This document shows, piece by piece, positions 10,684 to 24,053 of a stretch of DNA of 64,000 bases. Origin of the DNA: Azolla caroliniana (lineage: Eukaryota > Plantae > Polypodiophyta); the NCBI GenBank assembly GCA_043228905.1, contig JBHGNT010000021.1, positions 6,572,001 to 6,636,000 of the forward strand, given 5' to 3'. The position numbers and the translations under genes are program-made. Positions within the stretch are counted from its first letter, which is position 1, and every line of letters starts with the position of its first letter. Below the pieces are notes generated by a model. It was not told the origin of the DNA. It searched no databases and saw nothing but the letters and a program-made list of their open reading frames with translations.

Positions 10684-10889
10684 TGATAACCCAACACTAC
10701 TTTTCTCACAAATTTCAGATTAAATGTTCTTTATGTAAAACTCTGTGGGTTCTAGAGTCTACTTACTTTGTTTTCCTGTAGAGAGATAACCCAACACTAC
10801 TTTTCTTGCAAATTTCAGATTAAATGTTCTCAATGTAAAGCTTTGCGGGTTCGAGAGCCTACTTACTCTGTTTCTGTTGCAGAGAGATT
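10684..10889. repeat. Two-copy tandem duplication of about 101 bp
   Basis: GATAACCCAACACTACTTTTCT...CAAATTTCAGATTAAATGTTCT...CTACTTACT occurs twice; a second, more diverged duplication lies at about 10260-10475. Confidence 0.85.
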
Positions 10890-11737
10890 AATGGCTATGG
10901 CTATGGAAGAGAATATGTTTAATAGGTTAAAAGTATTACGTGTGAGTGATTGCATTGTAAAAACTTAGGGACTCAAATGCTCAATTTTTCTTAGAGAAAA
11001 ACTTAGTGTGTGTTTGTTCTAGCATTGCAACATTTTTATCCAGTGAAGTTCTTGCTCAAGTTGAATGTTGTGAATGATTCTTGGACATCTCATAGTATAC
11101 TATCTTGTTATTATATATGCTCTTTTCGATATATATACACACACACATATCGTTATATTTACATGCACACACATGCATATATAACACATATATACATACA
11201 TACATGAAACTTGGAATACAATATACTACATATGTACATTCAGATGCAATACAATACATACACATAACCCATACATAAAATATATACAACACATGCAATA
11301 CGATACAATATATACACACATATATATTGAACATACATGTGTTTTCTATGTAAGGGCATTTAAAATGAGTTGTTGTCAAAATATATATATGCATTAAGCG
11401 GTATTTTTATTAACTGTGTTTTTACAAAAGGGTCTCGAAAATAATAAAAAACATATGTATAAGGGGTTTATAAAAGATGTCGTGAACGCACGTGATACAA
11501 CCTCTTTATATATGGTGGAGCCCTCGGGAGTTACCCGGTCGGCCTCCTTAGCCAATTTATACAGGCATCACGGAACATTCACCTGGACTGTGCTAAGCGA
11601 GTGTTACTTTATGTGAGTGGAACCATGAATTACAATGTCCTCTACAAATAAGCCACACTGATTCGACTCGAAGGGTACACTATTGCCGAGTGGGCTGGCT
11701 ACGAAGCCGACAGATGATCCACATCGGGCTTCATCTT

Positions 11738-12041
11738 TGTTGAGCGAGCAAGCTCAATCGGATCCGGATCGGCTGAATAAGCTAGTGCTGAATTGGTGTC
11801 TGGATGATATCCGGAACCAGGAGCCAAATTGGAGACCCGGATAGGAATGAAATCGGTAGGGCTTTAGAGGACTACGAATCCAGCCTAGTACGTAGGCATA
11901 TTTTTGGGAGTCAGTGACAGTCGCTCGTATGAGCATTGAAGTACCTATCAGTCCTTTATGGACTTGTATAAAAGTGCTCTCTAAGCACATTCTATGTACA
12001 CAGAATATTGAGAGTATTATTTGAGTAGAGTTTTATGTTCT

Positions 12042-12079
<38 letters not shown>

Positions 12080-12183
12080 GTATGCTTATTCTTTGTGTTA
12101 AGCTTCCATTAAACCTTCTTCTCTTTACTGTTGCTATCCGACTGAGCCGTTTTGTCAAATGCTTCCGCACGTTTACCTTGACA
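11738..12183 (+). repeat. 5' LTR of copia A
   Basis: TGTTGAGCGAGCAAGCTC...CCTTGACA; homologous to 31813-32227 with indels. Confidence 0.93.
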
Positions 12184-14009
12184 TGGTAGTAGAGCGCAAC
12201 GGTTGAGAACCTCTGCAGCCGATAGACACTTTCAAAGACAAACCCTAATACCCAGTAAAGACAGACAAAGAAAGATATGGACAGAGGTATGGTGAGTTCA
12301 CTTCCCACAGAGCAGCTTGACTAGAGCAACTACGCATCTTGGTCATACAAAATGCACCAGTACCTGTTGGGGCATGGATATTGGAGCTGTGTGGAAGGAA
12401 CCAACGAGGTAGCGCTGGAGCCGACACACAAGGACTTCCTGGCATGGGAGCAAGGAGCGAGCCGAGTATTGTATTGCCTCGCGTCCGGCGTGCACGATCA
12501 GATGCTTAGCTACATCAAGGATGCAAAAACGCCAAACGAGGCCTGGGAAAATCTTCGGAAGATTTTCACCACGAGTCCCACAACCCGTAAGTTGCAGAGC
12601 TAAACAACATCCGGCACAGAGATATGCCAGTTACGGACTACACCACTAAGATAAAGGAGATTTGCGACGCACTCGGATCCATCAACGTGACGGTGGACGA
12701 GGACGAGATGGTTCAAATCTGCCTCGGTGGTCTAACACAGCAATACATGCCAATCTAGACGACAATTTGCACCCGGGAGAAGCCACTGTCCTTCTTCGAC
12801 TTACAATCAATGTTGATGGTCGAAGAAAACCATGCGAGTGGGTTGAGGACCACTCAATCGGACAACCGGATGTTGTACACGGAGGCGGATCGGTCCCGTG
12901 GGTGTGGAGGACAAGGTGGGTCAGCACGCAATGGAGGCGGCCGGCAAGAGCAGAACCGAGGGCACAGAGACAGTGCTAATAGCAGTTCCGGACCCTCCAT
13001 AAGCAGGGGGAGTCAAGTCAGAGCCGGAAATCGGCAGTCGAAAACCGACACGGAATGTTGGTACTGTGGCAAGAAAGGCCACACAGAGAGGGAGTGTTGG
13101 AAGAAGTGTGCTGATTCGGATAAATCCAAATCCAGCAAGGCTGGACAAGGGAACCGGCAAAGCTCACACTACGTAGAAGGATCAGAAGGATCAAGAACCG
13201 GGAAGACCGGTAAAGGGCCAAGCCAACCTTCGTGATGAAGCACAAGGTTAACTCAATGAAGAAGACTACTTCCAAATCGGAGGAAGTATGGTACGTTGAT
13301 TCCGGAGCATCCAACCACCTGACAAGCCATGAAGAGTGGTTCTCTTTTTTGAAGAAACCGGAACAACCAGGGATTGTCAAAACCGGAGATGACACCCCTC
13401 ACCGAATTGTGCATGTCGAACAAAAAGGGAAGCTGATAAACGTACTACATGTTCCAACTATCACAAAGAACCTGGTGTCGGTTGGACAAATCATTGACCA
13501 GGGGATGCAAGTGCGGTTTACGCACCTCGGGCGCTTCATCGAGGAAGAAGGCCGGATAATTGCTCAAGGGCGCAGAGAAGGGAGGATGTTCATCCTCAAC
13601 ACTAATGACGTCGACATCACCATGTTTGCCAAAGGACAGAAGATTGAATCGGATATCGATCTCTGGCATAAGCGGATCGACCACGTCAATTGCTGGAGGC
13701 TTCAGGACCTGTAATTGAAACAAGTTGTGTTCAGATTGCCAAAATTCAGTGGCCGGAAGGCCCAAATATGTGAAGCCTGCCAACTCGGGAAGCAAAACCG
13801 GCTTCCATTCCCCACTGAATGAAACCGGAGCCGTAACAAGCTTGATCTAATCCATTTGGATGTATGGGGGCTAGCATAGAACGTTAGTGTTGGCGGGAGT
13901 CGGTATTTCGTCTCCTTCATCGACGACTACAACCAGCACATGTGGATCTACCTCATCGAGAAGAAAAGCGAAGTCTTCGACTGTTTCTGGAACCTTCAAA
14001 GTTTAGTCG

Positions 14010-17000
14010 TGTAGAAAGTAACGTGCGGAAGCAAGTATGAAGACCGAACAGAAGGAAGGAAACTCAGGTTCAATGGAGAGCTTGAGCTTACACGGTATAC
14101 GCGGGAGAGACTGAGAGAGTGAGAGAGAAGACAAAAAATATAACAGAAATACACAATCTCTATTCGCTACTCTCTATACAAATGTGTGTTCAATGAACAC
14201 TTTTATACAAGTCCTAGAAGGACTGACAAAAGTACTGACAATACTTCAATGCTCATTAAGAGCTCCTACACTAACTCCCAAATATATTCCTCACGGAATA
14301 TCTTTCCTAACGACCTCCCGGTTTACGCACTCGGCCTAACCGATCGGTCCCAACCGATCCGGTCCTCGGCTTCTTCAGCCGATCCGGCTGATGTTGAGCT
14401 TGTCTCTCAACACTCCCCCTCAAGCTCAACTCGAGGCTCTTCGGGATCCTCGGGCTCACAGCTCCGGTTCCTCCTGGCTTCACGCCTCGCACGCGCTCCT
14501 CGACCTGTTCGACTCTGCGTGCTTCGACCCTTACGGTCGGCTTGTCTGCTCATGTGACCCTTATTAGCTCTTCTGTTGTTGCGGTGTCGACACTTCTTGT
14601 GCTGCCTTTTCTTCCGCTTGGGCCTCGGTTGATTCAACGTGTCTGAATCAAACATCCGAACCAACTCAGCTACTTCCGATCGGTTTTCGCTCTCATCAGA
14701 GTTGGCTGTCTCCAACTCGTCTTCGGTCTTCTCGCCCTCGATGGCGTCATCTCCCCCATGCGTGGTTGGCTTCGGCTCTCCCCTTCGGCTGCTCCCCTTT
14801 TGTCCGCTTCCGGACTTCTCCGCGGGTCCGTCCTCGACTTCTTCAGCTGATCCGAAGTCGAACTCAACAACCGACTCGGTGTCCCGATCTCCGCTCCTTT
14901 CCTGCTGCCTGGCTTGGTCGTTCGGGACTGTTCTCCCCCTCAAGTTCGGCACGTCGAGGTGACGCAATCCGAGCGCACCTGAGAATTGCCGCAACTTGTC
15001 CAGACCAAGAGGCTTGGTGAAGATGTCGGCAGTCTGCCGATCCGTCGGAACATACTGAAGTTCGACTTCACCGGAAAGGACACGCTCACGGACGAAATGG
15101 TAGTGCACCTCAATGTGCTTGGTCCGTGCGTGGAAAACAGGATTCTACGCGAGCTTGATGTTGCTGAGGTTGTCGCAGTAGATCGTCGTCAGATCTTACA
15201 CCTCCGCTTGCAGGTCCTTAAGTAGCCGCTTCAACCATATGGCTTCGCATGTCGCGACAGCCACTCCTCGGTACTCAGCTTCGGTGCTCAACAGTGCAAC
15301 TGTCGGCTGATTCTTACTGCTCCACGCGATCGCGACACTCTTGAGGGAGAACGCGTATCTAGACGTGGATCGACGATCGGCGGTGTTGCCAGCCCAATCA
15401 GCATCGGTGTAGCCGACTAGCTGCGCGGCTACCCCGGTCCGATATAGCAGTCCCCGGTCCTTAGTGCCACTTACGTACCGCAGTACGCGTTGCGCACACT
15501 GAAGGTGCTCCTCGGTAGGTCGCGCCATGAACTGACTGATCACTCCGACCGGATAACTGAGGTTGGGTCGGGTGATGGTCAAGTATATGAGGCTTCCGAC
15601 AATTTGTCGGAACCTCGTCGGGTCGCATACCTTTCCCGTATCGGGACGAAGCTTGATGGTTCTGTCCAGAGGAGTCGAGACGGACTTACAGTCGGTCATC
15701 CCGAGTTTGAAGAGCATACCCAGCACGTAATGACGTTGGCTCATCAATATGCCTTCGGGGGTACGGATCACTTCGATCCCGAGGAAGTAATGAAGGTCCC
15801 CCAGATCCTTCATGTCGAACGATGCCGCAAGTTGGAGCTTCACGCGGTCGATTTCACCTAGGTTGGCGCCGGTTATAACCAAGTCATCGACATATAGTAG
15901 AATACTAACCGGTCCGAGTCGACCTTTCCGGATGAACAGGGAAGAGTTCGATTTTGACGTGACGAAGCCCAGCCGACGCAGTTGTTGCATGATCTTCGCG
16001 TTCCAAGCACGCGGGGCTTGCTTCAGTCTATAACGGGACTTCTTCAGTCGGCATACTGCCGAGGAGTTCGTTCCGGAGGGAAATCCCGGGGGCTGTACCA
16101 TGTACACTTGTTCCTCAAGGTCACCTTGTAGGAACGCATTCTTTACATCCATTTGATGTAGGTGCCACCCCTTGGCCCGGCTACTGCGAGCAAAACACGG
16201 ACGGTCGTCATTTTCGTGACCGGCGCAAATGTCTCATCGTAGTCGATGTCGTGTTTCTGCGCGTAGCCCTTTGCCACTAGCCAAGCCTTGTACCGATTGA
16301 CCAAGCCATCGGTGTTGTACTTGACTTTGTACACCCACCTACACCCGATCGGTTTTACCCCTTTTGGTGCGTCAACCAGGTCCCAGGTCTCGTTCTCCGC
16401 CAATGCGTGCATCTCTTCCTCCATCGCGTCGCGGCATGCCAATTCGCGTCTTTAGCCGCTTCTGCGTAGCTCTCCGGCTCACGCACTTCCGCTACACGGG
16501 TCATGTACCCATAATGATGCGCCATGTCCTCATTGTATCCGAACCGCAAAACAGGATTCTTCTGGCGGGTAGATCGGCATAACCTCACATTAGCCGATGT
16601 CGAGGCCTTCTCGGTCCACACGGTCTTCATCTTTAAAGACCAGTCACTGGTTCCCTCGGAGTCGGACTCGCGTCGGTCTGACTCGTTCCTTTCCGTGCCG
16701 GAATCCAACACCTTCTTCTTCCCTTTCTCTTTGCGCATAAGCCGTCTCCTCGGCTTCCTGCGCGGGGAATGCACGGCCGAGTCTCCACTACTCGCCGGCT
16801 CTTCATCAGACTGGTCGTACCGACTCAGTCGTCCAATCGGTCCACTTAACCGGAGTGAAATCGGACTCTCTTCGCGGGTCTCGATTTCGGGCTCATCCGG
16901 AGGCATCTCGGCCTCGCTGACCTCTTCGTCAGAGCTCGGATTGGAGTCGAGGTTCGTAGTCGGGGGCAGGTACCAGGACGCGGACTCGTCAAACACAACG

Positions 17001-19066
17001 TCGCGGCTGACACGCGCTTGTTTGGTGCGAGGGTTATCACACTTATAACCCTTCCGCTCGTCCGAGTAACCGACCAAGATGCATCTCTCGGCCTTTGCGT
17101 CCAGCTTCCTCCTTTTCTCCTTCGGTATATGCACATACGCAATGCTACCGAACACCCTCAAGTGTCGTAAGTTCGGCTTCGTTCTGAAGTATAGCTCGTG
17201 CACCGACACCTTGTCTCCGATCCGGTTCTAGATGTATACCGCGGTCCTTACCGCCTCGGCCCAATAGAACTTGCGCAAGCTCTTCTCCTCCAGCATTGCC
17301 CGTGCCACTTCCACAACTGACCGATTCTCTCTCTCGGCCACGCCGTTCTGCTCCAGCGTGTATCTACAACTGAATTCGCGGCGAATTCCCATTTGTTGTA
17401 GGTAACCGTTGAATTGACCGGAAAAGTACTCTTTCCTGCCATCCGACCACAGACACTTGATCTTTCGTCCCGTTTCCGTTTCCACGAACCCTTTGAGGTC
17501 CCGAAAGCAGTCGAAGACTTCGCTCTTCCTCTCAATGAGGTAGATCCATGTGTGCTGCGTGTGGTCGTCGATGAAGGAGACGAAATATCGGCTCCCACCA
17601 AGACTAACGTTTTGTGCCGGCCCCCATACATCGGAGTGTATAAGGTCGAGCTTGTTCCGGCTCCGGTTTCGCTCGTTGGGGAAAGGAAGTCGGTGTTGCT
17701 TCCCGAGCTTGCAGGCTTCACAAATTTGTGCCTTTCGGCCACTAAACTTGGGCAATCCGAACACTACCTGTTTCGATTGCAGATCTTGAAGCCGCTGGTA
17801 GTTGACGTGGCCTACCCTCTTGTGCCACAAGTCGATGTCCGACTCGTCAGTGGAGTCGAGGATGAACATCCTCCCGTCTCTGCGCCCTTGCGCAATCACA
17901 CGGCCTTCTTCCTCAATGAAGCACCCGAGGTGTGTAAACCGAACCTCCATCCCTTGGTCGACGATCTGTCCGACCGAGACCAAGTTCTTCGTGATTGTCG
18001 GAACGTGCAGCACGTTCATGAGTTTCCCTTTCTGCCCGACATGGCTAAGGGGAACTTCTCCGACATTCGCGATCGGATGCGAAGTGTCGTCTTCAGTTGC
18101 GACTACTCCAGGTTGTATCGGTTTTTCGAGGTACGAGAACCACCCCTTATGGCTCGTCATGTGGTTTGACGCGCCGGAGTCTACGTACCACACCTCGTCC
18201 AATCTCGGGGTGCTCTGTTTCATTGAGTTTGCTTCGTGTCTCGTCATGAAGGCAGACCCTTCTCCGGCTCTCCCGGAGTCTTCGGCGTAGTGCGATCGCT
18301 GCCGATTTCCCTTGTTGGTATGTCTGGAGCCGTTCCCGGAACCGGTTCTCTCCGAATCGGCACGCTTCTTCCAACACTCACTTTCCCTGTGGCCTTTCTT
18401 GGCACAGTACTAGCACTCTGTGATGGCCTTCCCTTGCCGGTTCTCATTGCTTTGACTCCCCCTGTTTCCGGAGGGTCCGGAGTTGCTGTCGACATCACTT
18501 CGGTGCCTTCTTCCTTGACCTCGTCGGCCGCCTCCATTGCGTGCCGACTCGCCTCGTCCTCCACATCCACGGGGCCTATCTCCCTCCGTGTACAGCATTC
18601 TGTTGTCGGTGTGCGTGCTTGTAGACGCACCCGCGTGGTTCTCCTCTACCAGGAGCATTGACTGTAAGTCAAAAAAGGACGGCGTATTCTCCTGGGTACA
18701 CACAGCTGTTCGAAACGCTCCGAACTTCAACGGCAAACCTCCGAGACAGATCTAGAACATCTCGCTCTCCTCGATGTTCACCTCTATGGAGACGAGGGAG
18801 TCGCAGATATCCTTGATCTTCGAGGTATAGTCTGCCACCGACAAGTCGCGTTGTCGTAGGTTGCTCAACTCCTGTCGGAGCTGAAGCTTCCTGGCTGTGG
18901 TGCTCGCGGCGAAAATCTTCTTCAGATTTTCCCACACACCCTTCGGCGTCTTTGCATCCCGAACATAGCTCAATAGTTGTTCGCCCACACACGACGTGAA
19001 GCAGTATAATACCCTGCTCGCTGATTGCTCCCACGACGGGAAGTCTCTGCTCGCTGATTGCTCCCA
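14010..19066 (-). mobile_element. Ty1/copia element B (relative of A), lacking its 5' LTR and gag start
   Basis: 3' LTR 14010-14412 and PPT 14413-14421; RT ([12 protein letters not shown]) 15196-16442; INT (IHSDVWGP, FIDD) 16355-18247; PR WYVDSGAS; gag 18250-19050; inserted into the integrase of A. Confidence 0.93.
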
Positions 19067-22000
19067 CCCGTTGTCGTTGGCGCTTTGTACCACGTAAGGC
19101 CCGAACCACCTTCTTGCGAACTTCCGTGTCGCTCGGTGTTGGTTGTCAAGGCTGCTATCGTAGACTAGCACCCAGTCGCCTTCCTCGATCTTCTTCAGTC
19201 GGAGCCGGTGCGTTCGGTCGAACCGGGCTTTGTTCCTCGTCCTTGCTTCCCGAAGCTTTCCCGCAGCCTGCTCCACGTCCTCCGGCCTTCGCTCGAGCTG
19301 ACGTATGCGCGCCGCCAACAGTTCCTCCCGGCTCATCTCGTCTCTCCAGTCCACGGTTGCCCATGAGAAGATCGTACGTTCCATCGGCATGATCGGCTTC
19401 TGCCCAAACATGAGCTCTGCCGGCATGAATCTGGTTACCGAACTGTGCGTAGTTCGGTCAGCCCACAACGCGTAAGGCAGCAGCCGCGGCCAGTTCCCGA
19501 CTTGACCTCCGCATGCCCGAACTAACGCCTTGACGATCGGTCTGTGTCCACGCTCCACCTTTCCATTCGCCTCCGGATTGTATGCAGTGGTAAGCGAGAG
19601 CTTGACTCCTAGCCGATCGAACATCTCCTCGGCCTCTTCGGCGTCCAACTCCCCGCGATCAGCCACGATCTTCCCGACGCACCCGTACCGGCATATCACG
19701 TCCTCGATCAGGAACCGACATACGGCTGCGGTCGTTTTGTTCTGAAGGGCCCGGCCTTCCACCTGGTTCGTCAGATCTTCCCGAGCCAAGACCAGATACC
19801 ACATTTGTCCTACTCCCATCGGCATCGTCACCAGATCTACCATCCATTTGAAGTGGATGGTCGGAGGGTACGTAGGGTGAAGCCCGGCCCTATGTCGGAC
19901 TATGGAGTGGATCTGACAGCTCTCGCAAGTTGTCACAAACCGATGCACGTCCCGGTACAGTCTCGGCCACCAGTACTTCCCCTTTATCTTCTCGAACGTG
20001 GCCCACGTTCCACGGTGTCCAGCCCAAGGGCTGTCGTACCGTCAGCAGCTCCTCCTGTTCTTCCTTCATCGCCACCACCCGGAGCGGGACGTCGTTCCTC
20101 TTCTTCGGGTGCTTCCATAAGTATCCGTCCCGGAGAAAGAATCGGTATGCTTTCTTCCGGATCCGGTTGGCCTCATCTCTCGTCCATGACGCATCCGGCG
20201 TCATTGTCCTCAAGAAACCACCGATCTGCAGCCACTCACCGTCGTACTTGCTCTCGTCGAAGCCGTTAAGTGCCGGAGTGCTCGTCCCATCGATCGTCAC
20301 GTACGCCGCCTCGAAGAAGTCCACGCTGACTTCTTCGTCCTCCGAAACCATGCCGCCCTCGTCATCAAACCTCGCCCTCGAAAGCATGTCGGCCATGGCA
20401 TTGTCCTTTCCGGAAATGTGTCGTATTTCCGGGTCCAGGGACTTGATGTACGCTATCCACCTGAGCATCGTCAGGTCCGGTGTCGCGCATCCGGAAACCA
20501 TGCCGAGAATTGGCAGGCAATCCGTCTCGATAATCACTTCTGTCCCGATTAGGTAGTCTTTGTCGGCCTTTACTGCCGAAACGATACCCCAGAGTTCGCG
20601 TTTAACCTGGGCGTACCCTCGCTGTCGCTCACTGAGGACCTTCGCGCTGAATCGGAACGGGAACCAAATGCCGTCCTCGTCTTCTTGGTTGACGACCCAT
20701 CCGATCCCGGACGGACTCGTATCCACCATTATGTATACCGGGGTACCCTTCTCGTAGACAGCCTTCCGGAGCACCGGTGCTGCCGCAAGAGCTTCCTTCA
20801 GCTTCCGGACCAACTCCGTGTGCTCGCCTCGCCACTCGAATTTTCACCCCTTCTTCAGCAACCCGTATAGCGGCTCCGCAACGTGAGCGTAATGCGGGAT
20901 CCATATGTGGTAGAATGCGCATGCCCCCAGGAACCTCCGAACTTCCGTAACCGAGCTACAGTCGGTCTTCATCGCGGAGATGGCTTCTACCTTTGCCGGA
21001 GACGGCTTCCGGCCATATGGTCCACATAGGTGTCCGACCACCAGGATTTCTGATTGCCCGAAGGCCGATTTCTCCCTGGAGAAGGTGAGCCTCGCATCCT
21101 CTAGCCTTTGTAGCACCTTCTCACAGTCGTCGATGTGTGTTGCCACGAATCGCCGGCACCCGTCCGGCCCGAGTGTCGCGTCCTTCTCTTCCACCGGGCA
21201 CCCCTTGATCGGGATGTCGTCTAGAAATGGCATGGTGATGTCCGGGATGCAATCCCTCAGTACCTTGTTCATTGCATTCACCATGTGGGCCACCGAGTTG
21301 GTCCCTCCTTGTGGCAGGGTACACATTCGCACTAGGCCGAGGGGAGTTCGCATCGTCGTAATGTCTCTGCTCTCCACGGCTAGCTGGAACTGGTCGTACC
21401 CCGAGTACAGATCACCGACCGAGTAAATCGACCTTCCGGCGAAGGCCTCCACGAACTCGTCTATGGTCGGTCCGATTCATGCGTTCCGAATGGTCACTCT
21501 GTTGACTGGCTGCAGGTCTTGAATGAAGCGCAATGTTCCGTTTTTCTTTGGTACGGTAAACCATCGGTTCGAGTATGGGGCACTTGACGGTTCGAGAATG
21601 CCCATATCGACTTTTTGCCTCAATAGCTCCATCAACTTCGGGATGTGAGCTCTCGGTACTGGAATCGGCTTGAGATTCCACGGCACATGCGGTACCGTGA
21701 ATATCACCATCGGCTCCACGATTGTCGGGTCTACGCACCCGATCTCTTCCGGTGAGAATGCGAAGGCTTTCCCGTGCCTTCCGAGCATTCTCCGAAACCG
21801 GTCTTCCTCCGCCGGCAGTAAGAACCCGCCCCCACCGATTTTGAGCTCCCGGAGCGTCCCGTCGGTGAAGGTGTGTCCTATGCAGACCGGATCTCGTAAG
21901 CTGGGGTCCGACGCAACCCCTCTGATTTGGGACTCGCTGCCCTCCGGTAAGGGTGTCGCGACTGGCCTTACCTTCCGGTCTACAGTCTTGTACTTCGTGC

Positions 22001-22334
22001 TAACTCGGGCCGTCCGATCCGACCGGAGCCCCTGACTGAAGTTCGCGATGACTTCGTACATCTCTTCGGAACATACCGGTATCGTCTGGTCTTCGTTACG
22101 GTCTTCTCCGGCTACCTTCCTCAGCATCCCCAAGGTGTCCTCGAAGGAGACCGCCTCCACGGCTCCGCTGATTTCCTCGTCCGGGCCAAGAACTCCGCAC
22201 GCTCGAAGTCGTACTTCCGCCCTTGCCTTTTCTCGGCCAACGATGCCGACTATCATACACCCTCCGTTGTCCGAGAAGCAAAAATTTCCACCTACTGTAC
22301 AGGGTTTCTTCGGTTTCGTTTCTATCGTACAGCT

Positions 22335-22400
22335 GTGGGGTCTTTCCTAAGTGTCCGGACTGTCTCGGCCCCACGCCTTGGCAGCCCTCTCTAAAAATCC
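22335..22400 (-). promoter_or_regulatory. Predicted -1 ribosomal frameshift signal (G GAU UUU plus H-type pseudoknot)
   Basis: Heptamer 22400-22394 directly before the gag-PR stop; stems GGGCTG/CAGTCC and GTGGGG/CCCCAC start 6 nt downstream; the RT frame is -1 relative to gag. Confidence 0.7.
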
Positions 22401-24053
22401 TCCCAGTTCTCGCCACCGAGGGATTCGCAGTTTCGCTCGTGGTTCGGTCGCACCGTCAGAAATTGGACCGAATGGCGCCCGTCTTGGCTTTTGACCCTCG
22501 CGTAGGCCGAACCGTTGTCCAACACCTTGGTCTCCATTCGTGCCGCCGTGATGTATGGTTCCCCTAATATGACCGGGTGCGAGGACGTCTCCTGTACGAA
22601 GAAGTGTTGGTCAATCTCGACGTCGCCGATCTTGACTCGCACATTCGGGCAGGCCCCGTGCAGTTCCTCGGTGGCGCGCGTCGCCGCCCGTATCTTCCAC
22701 CCGTGCTTGGTGTTGATCGGCCACTTTCCCTTCTTATAGAAGTCCATGGACATCAGGTTTATTTCCGAACCGTGGTCCACCAGTGCCACCACCGGTTCCT
22801 GAACATCTCCGATCTTTACCAGGGTCTCCGTGGTCGCTCGGGCCCAGTGTGGCCTCGAATAGTGGCTCTCCGCCCACTCACCTTCCAGCGCCAAGTCGTC
22901 GATGTGCGTCGTCCGCACCTCCACCGGCCTTTCCGGTTCCGTCTCCGTCAACAGCCTCTTCCGCTTCACCAAGTCCACAATGGAGTCGTGGAACTCCTTC
23001 TTGGCGATCCCTAGCACCTCCCGCAATGACAGCTCCACTTTGTTGTCGAGGATCCGTTCTTCTAGGACCCTTCGTAGGTCCGTGGTCCTTTCTATTTCCG
23101 TCCCCAGTCGGTATCCGCCCTTCCTGGGGTTATCTTGCGCGCTGGACCCACCGGCTTCGTTCCGTCGTTGCCCGAATCGGGTCTCGTATCGTTGTGAGGG
23201 CCCGGCCGCTCCGACTTTCCCCACTCGTTTGTCCTCTACCAGGGCCTCGTAGTTCCGGCAGGCGGCTTCTACGAAGCCCGTCTTCTCCTCGACCGGGTCG
23301 CTCCACCCAGTTACTTCCTGGACCCGTCTCTCAGCACGGTCCGCTTCATCTTTCCTCAGCCGTGCGCCGGCGAGGCCTTCCAGCATTGTTGACCAGAATC
23401 CGTCTTTGCTCTCCTTTCGGGCCTCGCTGCCCCCGACCCGAATATCGGCCGACGCCGAGTAGTGGATGGCCTCCACGTGTCGGGCCGCTGCCTCTTCCAT
23501 CAGTCTCTTCATACCTCCTCGTCCGTCGTTTCGGTTTAGGGCCCTTCTGCTATCACCGGCGTGCACCCGACCTTCCCACAGGTACACCACCTGGTTCCTC
23601 AACGCCTCTGCGAAATCGCCGCAGTCCTTCCGAATGTGGCCGACCTCGTCGCACCACATGCACCTATTCCCTGCTGCCGGTCGTTGGTCACGAGCCGGTT
23701 CGCCGCCTTCCCTTCGAGTCTGGGCGATCTGGAGATCCTTTATCGCCCGCGTCAACTCCTCCAGCGCTGCTCCTCCAGACGAGCCATTGACCATGCCGGT
23801 CGAAGCCGAACCGGTTTCGAGCCACTCCCGGGTCTCTTCCCTTCGCCCTTGCGGTGCCGGTTCAAGCCTCCTTGCTGTGACAGAGCCCGCACCGGCCGCC
23901 CCGTTGTCAGCCCATTCTCGCCGTTTGTCGAAACGGCCACAGACTCTCTTAACCGCAGCCCAGCCGGTCGTCAGCCCGTCTTCGGTTTCCAGCAAGGAGC
24001 CGACTTGATCCCGGTCCCGCTCGTCCACCGACTTGACGAACAGTAGGACCCGG

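Noticed and set aside
22783-23790. 335-aa plus-strand ORF and other long antisense ORFs over the TEs (e.g. 17414-18169, 19930-20556, 7034-7783)
   Set aside because: Shadow ORFs of GC-rich retroelement coding strands, with low-complexity S/P/R composition and no motifs.
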